64,000 bases of DNA from Trichoplax adhaerens (taxonomy: Eukaryota > Animalia > Placozoa). The position numbers and the translations under genes were made by a program. The stretch is from positions 3,850,449 through 3,914,448 of the forward strand of contig NW_002060949.1 of assembly GCF_000150275.1 (NCBI RefSeq), in the 5' to 3' direction. This document shows, in pieces, positions 1 to 13,506 of the stretch. The notes under the pieces were generated by a model. The model had not been told where the DNA came from and made no database searches. It saw only the letters and a list, made by a program, of their open reading frames with translations. Each line of letters starts with the position of its first letter. Within the stretch, counting starts at the first letter, position 1.

Positions 1-1531
1 CTATTTACAGAATTATTCAAATTACAATACAGTAGTAGTCTGATTGAATACACCGTACACAGATATCTACACCAAGTTGTATAATGTGTTAACGTTTTAG
101 GTTATTGTTTTGACAGTTGATGTTACTATTTAGTCGCATTGCTAAGTGCTATGTTTAATTAATTGGTTGAGTTAGATCTGGTCGATGTTGCCTTTCTACA
201 TTAATTTCTCTCTATTACATAATAATAAAAAAATATTTTGCACTGTACTTAATAATATAGTCGTTGGTCCTTGCAAGACTGCAGACAATGTACGGTACTG
301 CGCGTAAACACATTACTAGATTAGGTTAAGCAGTAGGGGGCACTAAAAGGATAGCAGGCATCGTACTATGGAAATTAATTTTGACCTAATCTGAGCAACC
401 TCAGAACGTCAATCAAGTCTTTGTTCAATCTCTGACCAATCAGCTTTATGGACGTACAGTACAGGACTGTGATTGTTAGTACAGTACTTTGTAGTTAGAT
501 TACGTAATGTAGCTTGTAAGTTGTAAACATAGTTGTCACCAATAAAATCATTTTGGTGTAAAATGAAGTAAAATAAATTTAATTTTTTGTTTTGCTCGAT
601 CTGTTTTGAGCGTACCGTTTACCTATCACTTGTTTGTCTAGTGTAGTAGGAAGAGTTAAGAACAAAGTAAAAAGGAAATATCAGTAATTTTATACAAATT
701 TCCAAGCACACACTTCAATTCAGTAGCGCTTGCTGAATTTACTCATGTATCAGCGCTGTAGGCTGCCTTGAAGGCTTGAGAAGACACCTGCTCATCCTAA
801 GGATTCATTTTTTTTAGATACTGTATTGATGTGAATGAATGAATTAATGAAATGACCTTCTCACTCTAGTCATATTAGAACTAATGTACTGGGCTCGGTG
901 CATACGTCCTGCACAGTACCAGATAATACAGTGCAGTCAGCACCGTACTACTTTATCATATACTGTATAGTAAAATAAAAAAAAACTAATTATTATTTTT
1001 ATATTCGTATTTATTATCTTTTATGTGTTTACTGCCAATTCTGAACTTGAACTCATGTGAAAATGAATCTTGTGTCAAATACTGTACTGTTATGGTTCGT
1101 ACTACGAATTTCGTAGTGTACATTGGCCATAGGGAAGGCGACATTTAAAGTTGTGCGTGGGTTCAACATTTTAACACCCATGTAGCCCTGGTTTCCACAG
1201 TGTTCCACGATAGTTCCCATGAAGAACAATATAGTATCCAGTACTGTCATGAATCACTAGATAACTTTATCAAGTATCTAGTGATCCTTGGTACTGTCTA
1301 CAGTGTCCAGTATTAATTCAAGAGCAGTTGATTATAATTACACGGAAATTGTAGTCTTTCAATGGATACTTTGCAGTGGTCTGCTGAGTCATTTTGCTGC
1401 ATTCATATTTATATATGCGCTGCTCGATGTACAAATTTGCAATTGAAATTTGTACTAAATGTACTACTTGTAAGATAATTTATAATTATAGAATGGAAAA
1501 TAAATGTTCATTTTATGATCATTGAATACAG

Positions 1532-2008
1532 AAAAATATTTCGTACTGCTTGTTGGGATGTTGCTGCATTCTATCCTTCGCTACTGGTATTGTGAGTGGA
1601 TTTAATGCCTTCCAAAATAGTATTGGTACATCAATCATTATCAACATTTTCATCTGCTTTTTCAATTTGATGTGCACTTGGGCCATCTATGCCGCTGGCT
1701 ATTCTATTCACCATAATAGAGTGGAAATCACTGTAAGTACTGTACATTGAAGTAAATTGGAGATATTGGTATGAGTGCTTTCCTTGATAGATACTATAGT
1801 TATTATTGATAATTAAGATATACTTAAATTGAACTGACAGAGAGCATCACGATGTGTGCAAAGTTCAACCTTACCTTCTCCACCAAGTTATGACTCCTGC
1901 TTGGCAACTACGGGCACTCCATCACAGACAAATTTGCCGATTTATGTTATAGAAACAGAGATCGTAAAGCTCCCTAACTACGATGAAGCATTGAAAATGA
2001 AAAAGTAA
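1532..2008 (+). CDS. Tetraspan PY-motif family member 1 (3' part: TM3-TM4 exon and tail; 5' exons unresolved)
   Basis: Exon 1532-1732 (atacag|AAA...ACT|gtaagt) encodes two hydrophobic helices, KNISYCLLGCCCILSFATGIVSGF...IIINIFICFFNLMCTWAIYAAGY. Exon 1841-2008 (gacag|AGA...TAA) encodes RASRCVQSSTLPSPPSYDSC...KLPNYDEALKMKK*. The intron is phase 0 and the layout matches the paralogs. An in-frame hydrophobic stretch at 1285-1428 with a weak donor may be the upstream exon. Confidence 0.75.
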
Positions 2009-4819
2009 CGACATTCGATTGCTATACGAGCATACTGTAATAACAAAATTGACCATATCATGAATTTACTTTTTTTAAAAAAGTAATATTAAATTTAACT
2101 TAAAAATTAGCTTTGTTATGATAACTACTTGTAGCTTGTCCGTATTATAATTATAATAATTAATTATAATTTATTGGTAGTAGAGAGTGTAAGTCTAGAT
2201 ATAAGATACCCAGGAAAAGATCTCATTTTTCTATAATATAGTTTAATTTTACTTTTCCGTTGTGGAATCACTTAATGCTAACTATAATGTATATGTATAA
2301 TAGTTTACGGACGTAGCGTAAATGTTCTGAAATATCCGGGTTGTTATTGTAACATAAAGGCTACTAGCTTGCTTAGCAAACTTAAATGAGATATGATTAA
2401 CCGGTCAAACGGAAGTCTTCAAGTACCCACATTATTTTATATTATACTGTATATGAATGCATAGCTTATCCATCTGCTGTTATGTGTATTATACGAGATA
2501 TTAACGCTCCTTCCAACTCGATATATCAAAAAAGATCTATACAACCGTGATTTAGGATATGGATAAGGTCCAATTTTTGTAAATATGCATCAAATAACGT
2601 ACAATCGTTTACCTGATTTAGCCGATTAATTCTATGATATTCTTATTCACATGTGCTAAGATCTGATAAATTTGTACTTCTTAAAATTTGTTTTTGTCGG
2701 CTGAAATGAAACGGTTCCTGTTTTACTACTCATTAATAATTACTGCCTACGATTAACTATTCATCACATATCTTTAAGATTGTGGATATTGTTATATCAA
2801 TACTATATAGATACGCATACTAATGCTGTTCCTGTTTTATGATCAAAAAATGAAAGATAAGTTAAAGCAATTTAAGGAAATTACATGGAGACACTAAATA
2901 GTAATTTGTAATTATAATGCGTTCGCTGAACTAGCCTATATCTGTGATCTACCAATTTAACTGAAATAATGATTGCAGTTTTTGCCAAAAATTTAGTGAA
3001 TTATCTTGTCTTCATTGCTTATCTATCTTTTATACGGTGTATTATCTATTTATTAAAGTTTTATTTTATTTTGCATTCTTAATTGCTGTTTTTATTGCTT
3101 TTTTCCTTGACGCAGGTCTCCTATTATATATACCGGTATATAATTGCGATATTATTACTGTCTATGCGGCGCTTTAAATCTAGGATGAGGTTATATTTAA
3201 TTCTGTACTTGAAAATTATGCTTCCAGCTAGACATTAGCACAACGACTATACTTTCAGAATCAACAACAGTCTTTGGTAGCCAGATAGAAAACTAATAAT
3301 GTAAAAGCATTATTCCTGTTAATACTAAATGAATCTACCTTTGTGCATTAAATATCATATTGCAGACTGCCATGAGCTGTTTTAAAGCAAAGTTGTAGAC
3401 ATGCATAGTTGTAAAGTTGTAGTTGTGTCTCGATGGTATTGATAAAAATGAAGCCCATGTACAAGTACGTAGAATAGGTATTTGGTGAAACACTGGCCTA
3501 CTGCTAAAGGTATACTATATCACCGCATAAATTTAACATCACAAAAATAAGTTTTTAACCCTTGCAATCACTACAGTTCACTGATGTTTCAAATTTACCA
3601 ATGTAATCTCTAGTAGGGACTACAGTGTAAAATAATGTTGAGCCTAGCATTTATTTGCTTGTCATTCTAGTATACGCTACCACTAAAACCATATACAACA
3701 CTGTACAAAACCAACTAAGCAGCTCATTTGGATGGCGATTGTAGACAGTATAGTATATCGTTTCAGATATACGCTTGAGTTGAAATGACCAGCAAACTGA
3801 TCAGGGTCTCTGCATTTTCAGTACATTGAACGACCGTTTTCTGTCCTTCTCTTTCTTTTTTCAGTATAGCACAAGTAGTGCCTGTCTCTCCTGTCTCTGA
3901 TACAGGTTTTAATTTAGAGAGAGATACGTAATCTCTCTGCACACCGGATAGAATTCTTTATGTACCATACAAATTGTAGATACAAATTGGCCAATCCACA
4001 CTCTCAACCATCTTGACTATTTCACCGTACTCCTTAATGAGCTTAAATGAGTAAAACGTCATCGAATACGTCATCGAATGCATTGATAACTATGTATAGT
4101 ATTTACTTGATATATATAACATCAATAACTATTTCCAAAGCTTCCTAGACAATAATTCATCAATTCATGACATTGTTTTTGCTGTGTACTACTGTATAAT
4201 TACAAATCACCAGGGTAAAAGGAAAACAACTGCTAACGGCATTGTCCCTGCGGTGCGGAAAACATGATTATCAATTAATTACATCGTTATGAGACAATTA
4301 GTGATATGTAGTTGCTAATGAGATTGAATTTATCATAGTAGAATATACTATAGATCAGCACTGTATGATACCTTCAATACAAGTTGATACAGTTTTTCCC
4401 TAGTTTTTTCTAGTCAATTAAAGTGATTAACGATAGAATAGCTAACCAAACTTAATCCATTTAATAACAGCAATCACTGTATCAGTGCGATATAGGATAC
4501 TTTTTTTTCACTTAGTAAACGGATGTTGGAATTGGAATATAAATTCCCTGCTTAAAATCTAGCATCAGATATCGATAAATTTACTTGGATTAATTATTAA
4601 CAAACACTTGTTAGCGCTACGTATACTGTATGATAGGATCGATGCCGGTGCTGTCATGATAGGGATGGCGTTATAACAGATTTTCTACTTCACGCTTCCG
4701 TAATCAATATGATTTTGGGAAAGAAATTTTAGAAAGGAAGATCTTCATCACTGCCAATATTCTTCAGTTAATAGAATACATGTTATACAGGATATCATCG
4801 ATAAAGATAACTGAAATCC

Positions 4820-7686
4820 ATGGACTTAGATAGAGACAATAGCGGATGTCCGCAATCACCGTCTTCAAACTTAGAATCATTCGATAGCCCTAATCAAAGA
4901 ATTACTAGCAATCGAATATTTCGATATGGTTGGATCCTTATGACTATTGGTATAGGGTGCTTCGTGACGAAATCACTTTACGTTGCTCTAACGCCTGGAA
5001 CAGATAACTTGACAATCATTTACTTAGCAGCGGGCTGTGTAAGTTGATTATATACAATTATAGATATTTGTGACAAGATGCAATAACATAAAAGTATTAA
5101 AACGCTAAAGGTAAACTTTACGTATTGCAGTTAATTGACGATACAGATATTGTGAGCATGTTATGTAAATATCTATTTTTAACTGATATACGAAGACCAG
5201 ATTACAAGTAAATGAAAATAAATTATCAATAAATCATTTCAAAATACTGTATTTTTGTACGCAATAAATTATTTATCCAGAAAAAATTAGTATTCCTGCC
5301 GTATTTTGACAATTAAAGCAGTCAACGTTTATTCACCTAACTCAAACCGAAGTTATAGCGTACTGTATAACAATATTAGTTTCGCGTTATATAAGTATAT
5401 AATGTAATCCATTTGTAATTAATAAAATTTAATCCCAAAGAAGATTAACTTCGAAAAATTCTCAAACATATATATATATATAACATATATATAAATCTTC
5501 TGTTTTCATTTGTAAAAGTATCTCAAAGCAAATTATCGAATTCCCATGCTAGCACTGTATCATCTCAAATGTACTTAATTGTTATGATGATATCAACAAG
5601 TTGTCGTACGATATAGATTCATAGATCAATTGTTATGAAATGGCTTGGATCTAAAAATTCATTTCATAACCAAATTAAAAAATGAATTATTGATACTGGT
5701 CGATTGTTATTACCAGGCTTACTAATCTTACGCTAGAGCATTTAATTAATCCGATGTGTGCTGCTTGTAGCACTGAGCTCCCATTCTACACGTAGCATCA
5801 ACTGGTGACGCTGTCTTCCTCATTGCAACCAGATTCAGTTTTTGACTCTTTTATGGCCTAGTATTACCATATGATGTTCCACAAGAAACCTCATCTCTTT
5901 AAATTTAGTCGAAAGTGACAGATCTTTATCGCATTTAATACAATTATAACTAGATGTGGTATAAGAAATTTGTTGGCCGCTAGGCTTGGTCTCAGAACTA
6001 GTCGAAGCTTATTTATTCCTATCTTATAAGATAGACTTTAAAACAAGGCTGTTTAATTAACTCACTTTAATGAAAATGATTTATCGATCAGATTGACGGA
6101 AATTAATCGATCTTAAATTTCAGCTTCGGATCTTATGTTGTGATTTCATTCACCACTAAGTATCAATTAGCTATATAACATAAGATGACATATTCGTCAT
6201 TTACTATGTGCCGCTTTTAATAAAAAAATTGGTCGATATTGCTCCATTGAAGTAAAATTTATTTCTTTTACCTACCCACAGATTATATTCAGTGGTTCCT
6301 TGATTATATTCGTATTTTGGAATACCTCACGCGCGATGTCATCAATAAAAAGCGTAAGTGAAATCCCATTTTTCTTGCATGAATATTTAGCTACTTTCTC
6401 ACTTTTGCATCTGGTAATTATGCGATAAGTCACAAATGAAGCTTTCCAAATAACTTGCTGCATATAGAATTAAGTAATTTAAGAAATCTCTTTATTACGT
6501 TAACTAGCGCTTTTCGTAATCAAGCAAATTGAGAGATTATTCCATAGTCGAGCTACTAGCATAGTATTAAGTAAATTTAAAAAAAGTTGAAGTAAATTAA
6601 ATTATTTATTGCTACTGGATTAATAAAATCCTTAATCTCTCTAATTATATTAAATGCACTCTAAAAACTTAATAACATTAATTGATTTATATTCGTTTTA
6701 GCCCTGCTATTATTATGGCATCTTAACACTGACAACAGTGTTACCGTTAATAAGTTTTGTTATATGTATCATAAATGCCGTGGCTGGAATTAATGTAGTG
6801 GCTAAAGCAACTAACATTGTATTGTCAATCCTATTTATGGCGGCTAGTGCGATTATTTGTATTTGTATGTACGAAGTTAGTCAGAACAGACGGGCAACAG
6901 TGAGTATTAACACCTGCAGTGCAAATAATAAAATCTAATAAATCTTCGATTTATTCAAACTAGCATTATTACGTATGATACTGTATCTACGGAGTTAAAA
7001 TCTTTACTTGGATTTGAGTTACTATTTCATCATGCCACTATACGTATACTCGTATAGCCAATACTGATTATTGCCGTGTATTATTTCGATGATATACCAT
7101 ATGCACGTCGTGCCACCAACAGTGCCATCTGTTAAATTATTACATCGATTTAACGTAGTTTTGTAAACTAACAAGATTAGGTCACAAAAATTAACTTAGA
7201 TAAATTTGTTAAAGTTAGTCAACAGACGGACATTTAGTGCTATTTAGAAGATAAAAGCAGATTGAATTTGTACTGGTAGTCATGCAAATGTTTCCTGTAT
7301 TTTATCTGACGCTACGCCACCACTTATAGTATCGATTATTGTCTACTTTTAAATGATCCATTATTTTAATTCGTTTTAATTGATAATAATCTCATAAACA
7401 CTATTACACACAGGAGCCTCATAGATCAGAAACAACGCAATCAAGGTCTTACATCATTCCAGTCGCTTGGGATAATCCACCACCTTATCATCCACCGCCA
7501 ACTTATCGTTCGAATCCACCCTCTGCAGTAGATTTAAGATCTACCAACGATAGCTCACAAATTAACGACAATGAGCTTGGTCGTTCTCATGTCATCGACA
7601 GTCGCAATGATCAGCAACCAAAAACTTATTTGGTAATTGCATCACCACCAAGCTATGATAATGCTAATGCCAATAGTGAACGATAG
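4820..7686 (+). CDS. Tetraspan (MS4A/CD20-like) membrane protein with three PPxY motifs, member 2, 253 aa
   Basis: Exons 4820-5038, 6282-6353, 6702-6899 and 7414-7686; canonical GT-AG sites, all phase 0, open frame. Four hydrophobic segments; the junction reads YLAAGC|IIFSGSLIIF, resembling the MS4A FIISGSL motif. Tail contains NPPPYHPPPTY and SPPSYDNA. Confidence 0.85.
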
Positions 7687-10600
7687 GATCATCGCTGAAG
7701 TAAACTACTGAATAGGTCTTTCAGTGAATGCCACACTTTAATGCAGATTGTACCCCTTCGAGAAAAAATTTACTGGTAATATCAGATAAATTTTTGTATT
7801 GATTTCGTTAATCATTCTATTTCCTTTGCTGATTATTAAGATGATAAACAGATCATTCAGTAATGCTGGCACTCCATTTGCTAGATAGATTTTATACTGC
7901 TATACATATATATAAGCACAAATACATCACGGTAGGGTTGTATATTGCGTAGTTTAATTTATTTATAAAGCCAATATATTAATCTAAACCAAATTATGTT
8001 TCATTTTAATTTTTGTTGGATTATTTTTATATCAACTGTAACTAAAAATAATGTTGTAGCATAATCGTCCGGAGGGATGAAGTTAGCAAAACAGGGTGAT
8101 TTTGCTTATAAGTTAATCAAATATTCCAATCTTACATTGGAAACATATTTTACATTCTTGGCTGATGCATAATTTACGATAGCGAAGTTACTATTATATT
8201 TCACACGATATGATTAAATCCAAATGGTAACTGCAACGGAATTGACAAGTGTAACAATATTATACATGTAAACAATTTTCTATCTTACCACTGTATCTAA
8301 TATTATTTTAAATGTTGTTTTACTGACTCATGGCAATGCATCCTATCGAGGATTATCATGTTTCATAAGTTTTATCCAAATTGAAGAATTTAAAATAATA
8401 TCTATTACTTACCTCATTCTGTTGCCGTAATTTCATGGCAATCTTTCAATATAAATTAATACAAATTTACAGTACTTCCAGTTACCACAACATAAACGAT
8501 ACGATGATAAGTGAATTACAAAAAGCAAACTATGAAATTAATGTGCTTGAACTCCATATCAAAGTCAAAAAACTTGATTATATTTATAAAATAAAAAAAT
8601 ATCATTTATTGAAAAATGTATCGTTGAATCAAGGTTGCAATTGTCACAAAAGAGAAGACAAATACAATGTATCTGCTTTCATAGTGATTAAAACTATAAC
8701 AAAGAATTTAAGCTGATCATAATTCTTTATAAAAATTTTTAGAGAAAAAGAATAAATATCAATAGTGATTCAGTGTCCATAATTAGAAGTATAAAATCTA
8801 GTATAGAATGATATCGCATATTAGGCCGGAAAATCTCACGGTAAACATGTATATTTTCGTTGTAAAGTCTTTTGCATTAGATTCATATATTAGTTTAATT
8901 ATGAAACTAGAATTATTTGGGAAGCAAATGATAATAAGATTTAGCAAGAATCTATTAACTACTGACCAATTCCTAATATTTAGTTATGCACTTCTACTGA
9001 GAAATCGTGTTATTTATTCTCAATGTTTATCTAACTGAGTCAGACTCAGATATGGTGATTTAATGGTGATAATGTTTATGAAATAAATATAATGAATACT
9101 TTAACCGCTTGATAGTATGCGACTAATCAGTCGGTGAATAGTTAGGCTGACAATATAAATAGGTGATTTACGTAAGTAGCATACCTCTACAAAATTTAAT
9201 GACGATAAAGAAATAGAAGTTGTTTTTAAAATACGGCCTGAGGGGCAGGCAAGTACAAACTCGTTTTCTTAGTTTAATACTATGTAACGTTATATAGAAT
9301 TCAAATACGGCATGTCGAAGGAATCATTGAATACCATTTTTCATCAATTTTTACTTTCGGTTAGGCCGTAACCTATATATCCGTATATAAAAGTTAACGA
9401 AAACAGAAGATATTACGATTTATTATCGACTGGTTGCTACGCTTAATTTACCAACTAGAAATGTGACTTCTTTTTGAACCTAAGTTATAACATCAGATTA
9501 AAAATGACCTATAGAAATATATACTAAGCCAGGAGGAGGCATATTTAGCATATGGAATTCTTATATTTTGATGTATTCTCTTAAAGCATATCCCAGTCTG
9601 ACTGCATTATTCTAGAGACATACGATTCTTATCCCACTATAAATACTTGTCAGATCATTTAAGAAGTAAATTCTGCATTGCTTATTGCATTAACTCACCG
9701 CAAAATGAAAGCTCAAGTGTCATCGTCGTGATGGGATTTTGCGACTCTCGACTCTAATCTTAGTTTTGAATATAGGACGGCTTGTCGAATGGCTTTAATT
9801 CAATAGCCGAGTTAAAATAGACAATTATACTTGCACGTCTGAAATTTACAAAATTACTAGAATGCTTGCATTTCTTTTAAATGTATATCACCTTAAATCG
9901 AAAAAGAGGTTAGCCCGTTATGCACTACCAATAGCAACGAAATTCATCTATTGGGTAGAATAAAATAGCTACATTTAATCGAAGTATTTCAATATTTTAT
10001 TTTACTATAAGTAAGATCCATGTTGCTCTTACAGCTAGAAAGAAAGAGACTAAACACATTGACGTTTGATTGCTGTCACTAAGTAAGCACAATGTTATCG
10101 TAGTATCAGGCTTAATACCAGAATGGGACAAAGTTTTAGTATGCGTTAACCGATAACTGAAAAACTTCAAACTAAGAATAAAAATATACCGATGTCCAAT
10201 TTTGGCATCTATGCCATGGAGTAATTTCAAAGTAAATTTCACTGATAATTATAATAGAATTCAACTTATGGTAATAATATTAGCTAATTATACTAGCGGT
10301 TTATTTATTAATATGACTATTTTATTAGTACTTCTTCAAGAATATCCTACAGTACATTCCGATGAATAAAAGTGCATAATCTCTTACATATTCTTTAAAA
10401 TATATGCTAGGGCTAAGCTATGCCATGCAAGCATAAAGCGCAATACTATTTACCGACAATTTTCTCTTCATAGAGGTGAATTATGTCAAAGGTTTTAATA
10501 CAAACAATATTGATTATTGCACTCAGTGAGCGAAGTCCAATCAGTTTGTAATTTATTTGAAGGAATTAAAAATAGTCGGCACGTGCTCACTCTACATTCC

Positions 10601-13506
10601 TAATACGTATTAAAATTTTCAGTACTTTAGCCACGCGAAGCAATTAGTATTTAATTCCTAGAAAGTGTATTATATTGTACAGAATTCTTATATAGTAAGT
10701 AAATTTTTTATTAAACAGGATGATAAAATAACTACTATGAATCGCATTATGTGTAAGATACACATCTCAAATATGTTATGACAATGTATGTAATGATGTC
10801 GAAATTCCTTGGTATTGCTCCGTTTTCTATAGCGAACTCAGATCGCTCTAAGTGTAATTATCAAATTAGAAAGCTGTAACAAATTAATAGAGTGCTTTTA
10901 TAAGTGTCAACCTCAACTCAAATGGAAGTTTTTACTTATTGATTGATTGATAAGGTTCTTGATCTCACGCTCATATCTGCTCCACTATAATTCAATACAC
11001 AAGTGGCTACTGATAATAATAAATTGATTTCAGGATCATAAAATAAGTATAGTAACCCATACGACTTAGTATAGGATGTTTTTACGATTACAAAGCTAAT
11101 GCAAATGCAGTAAAGTTTAAATAATTAATGAATACTCTAATCTATTCCTTAGAAGCGTATAACGGTGTTTTCTTTAGAGCCATCATCATTTATTAATTAA
11201 GATTCTGTATTTTATAATCATCAGTCCATAAGTTCAACTGTTAGACTACGGTATGGATCAGAGTATTTCAGGTGCCAAAGAAAGTTAATGCTAATAAGTT
11301 TAGAGTTCAGTAGTAATGCGCAACATGTAGTAATACTACATGTCATCAAAACTCTTATTATTCACACTCTAGAAGGTGAACTTTAGCATTGCTTTATTTA
11401 TCACCGTACGCGTATGTTCCTATGACCGTTGTACGACCCTTAATTTTTAGGCAAGCCAGCCGCATAAATGTCCTATATCTAAAGATAAATTTAAGATCAA
11501 AATCATTCGGACGGACAAATAATAATGATGAACAAGGTTAATCGTAGGGATCAAGGTTAAGGTTAGAGGAGATTTAAGTGTACGTCATCTTTACTGATAC
11601 TGCGTAAAATGAGGATCATAAATTCATCTCGTAGTCGATTAGTAGCTGCTATATAATGACCATTTGATCGTCATGTGAACTATGATCGCTGAATATTTCT
11701 TAAGAATTATACTTCTTACAGAAATTTATTAGATGTAAATGTACATGACCGTCAGCCATCCACTTAAAATTGAGTTCGGGTTGAAAGTCATAGTAACTGT
11801 TGTAAATATTTATTATAAAGATCATACTTTATGAAAATCAAATTAGTGACTGTCTCCAACTGATGCTAAATTCCGTTGACCAGTGATCAGTTTTGTTTAT
11901 TTATAGAAAACAGACTCTCCACAGGATAGCTTTACTGTCATTTTATTGTGGTTAAGGTGTTTCATATTATTTTTTAATAATTTAATTGTTTCTGGGAACA
12001 TAAAGAGTCAGAAATTTTATCGATAACATAAGTATGTATCTATTATTCTACGTGCCTTAATAGCGAAATAAGTAAATTAGAATTCATTATTTCAAGCTAT
12101 TACTCTTCATACTCGTTTTGGGAATATAGTGAAAGAACTGTTTGATTCAATATATGATTATAATAGGAAGCAATATTCGCTGCAGTTGCGTTCTTTATTT
12201 TGATTTGCCGGAAATCTAATCCTTCTAACACGAAATTCTGTTTCAGTGCGTGAATTTTTATTGCTAATTATTACTTTAATAGTTGAAAATTTACTAATAA
12301 AATATGAATACAAGTATATAATCATAATTTCTTCCGTCTGACAGTAAAATTTTATTGATGACATAATCAATGCATAAGAATGCTTAAATCTTAAACCTTA
12401 ATGTAGGACAAATGAATGCTACTACTATATTTTTTTGCATTTTGCTTTTCATGATATGACGGATTTAGTATTTTATTCACATATCAAACATTCTATATAC
12501 TGTACGTGTATATGAATATAGAATCAACTGTGGTCTATTGCTCGTAAAGATGCATTATTTTGTGAATTCAAAAACCTTCAAGAACAAAGAAAAGCACAAC
12601 AAACTATATAATGAATTACGATAGGGCACTCATATGCATTTGTGAATATTAATTTGAAGTCAATAAAAGTCGATCAAAAACTGATTATTGTAATACAGTC
12701 AGGAATAACTAAAATGATTATGGTAAAAGCTATCATTTTAATTATTGTTATGTGGAGTAATTTTTTGAACAGGTGATGGCAAATTCAGGCATAATCACGT
12801 ACAACTAAAATAAATAAATAAATAAATAAGCAGAAAGACATTTTATTTATTGGCAGCAAAGGTCCAAGTACAGTGCAGTGTTTAGCGTATCGGTATAATT
12901 AAAGTTATTAAGTCGCATAAACTCCCTATTAAGATATTTAAATTAGCTGAAAAAAATTTAGCTTCGTGTACAATGCATTTATTTGATAGGATACTTAGTG
13001 AAAGATTTCGCAATAGAAGTACTGTAGCATAGATCTACGTTAGTATAATACAATCACCTTCTACTTATACTATTACTGCTTCTGCAAGGCTAAGGTACTA
13101 TATCGAATCTGTCACTAACATCAGGTGGTCTATATTGGCATAATCACATAATATGGAAATAGCTCTTTCGTGGAAATATTACAAATAAAAATAACAAGAA
13201 ATGGTACTGATTAAAGTATCAGTATTATCGGAATTGAACTGTCAAATGTTTACGAGTATCATATAAGCGACAAGTTCAATCCCGGATATTCTCAGTTGCG
13301 ACTATTTCGGCCCTCTCATATTCAAGTTCATAATAGCCAAGCCAAAAGAAAATCGTTATTTGTTATAGTACCGGTAAGTAAATTGTAACACATACCCATA
13401 AATAGGCTAAACTACTTCAATCGCTCATTTTCCATTATAATATAAGCCTAATAAATAAGATAGAAATAACTACGTTATCTATTATTAATTTATACTTTAC
13501 TCAGAT

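Noticed and set aside
330-346. CTCF-like motif gcagtagggggcacta
   Set aside because: A single short match with no supporting context.
8435-12370. Short ORFs at 8435, 8808, 9997 and 12158
   Set aside because: AT-rich, no recognisable motifs, no consistent splice chain; likely chance ORFs.
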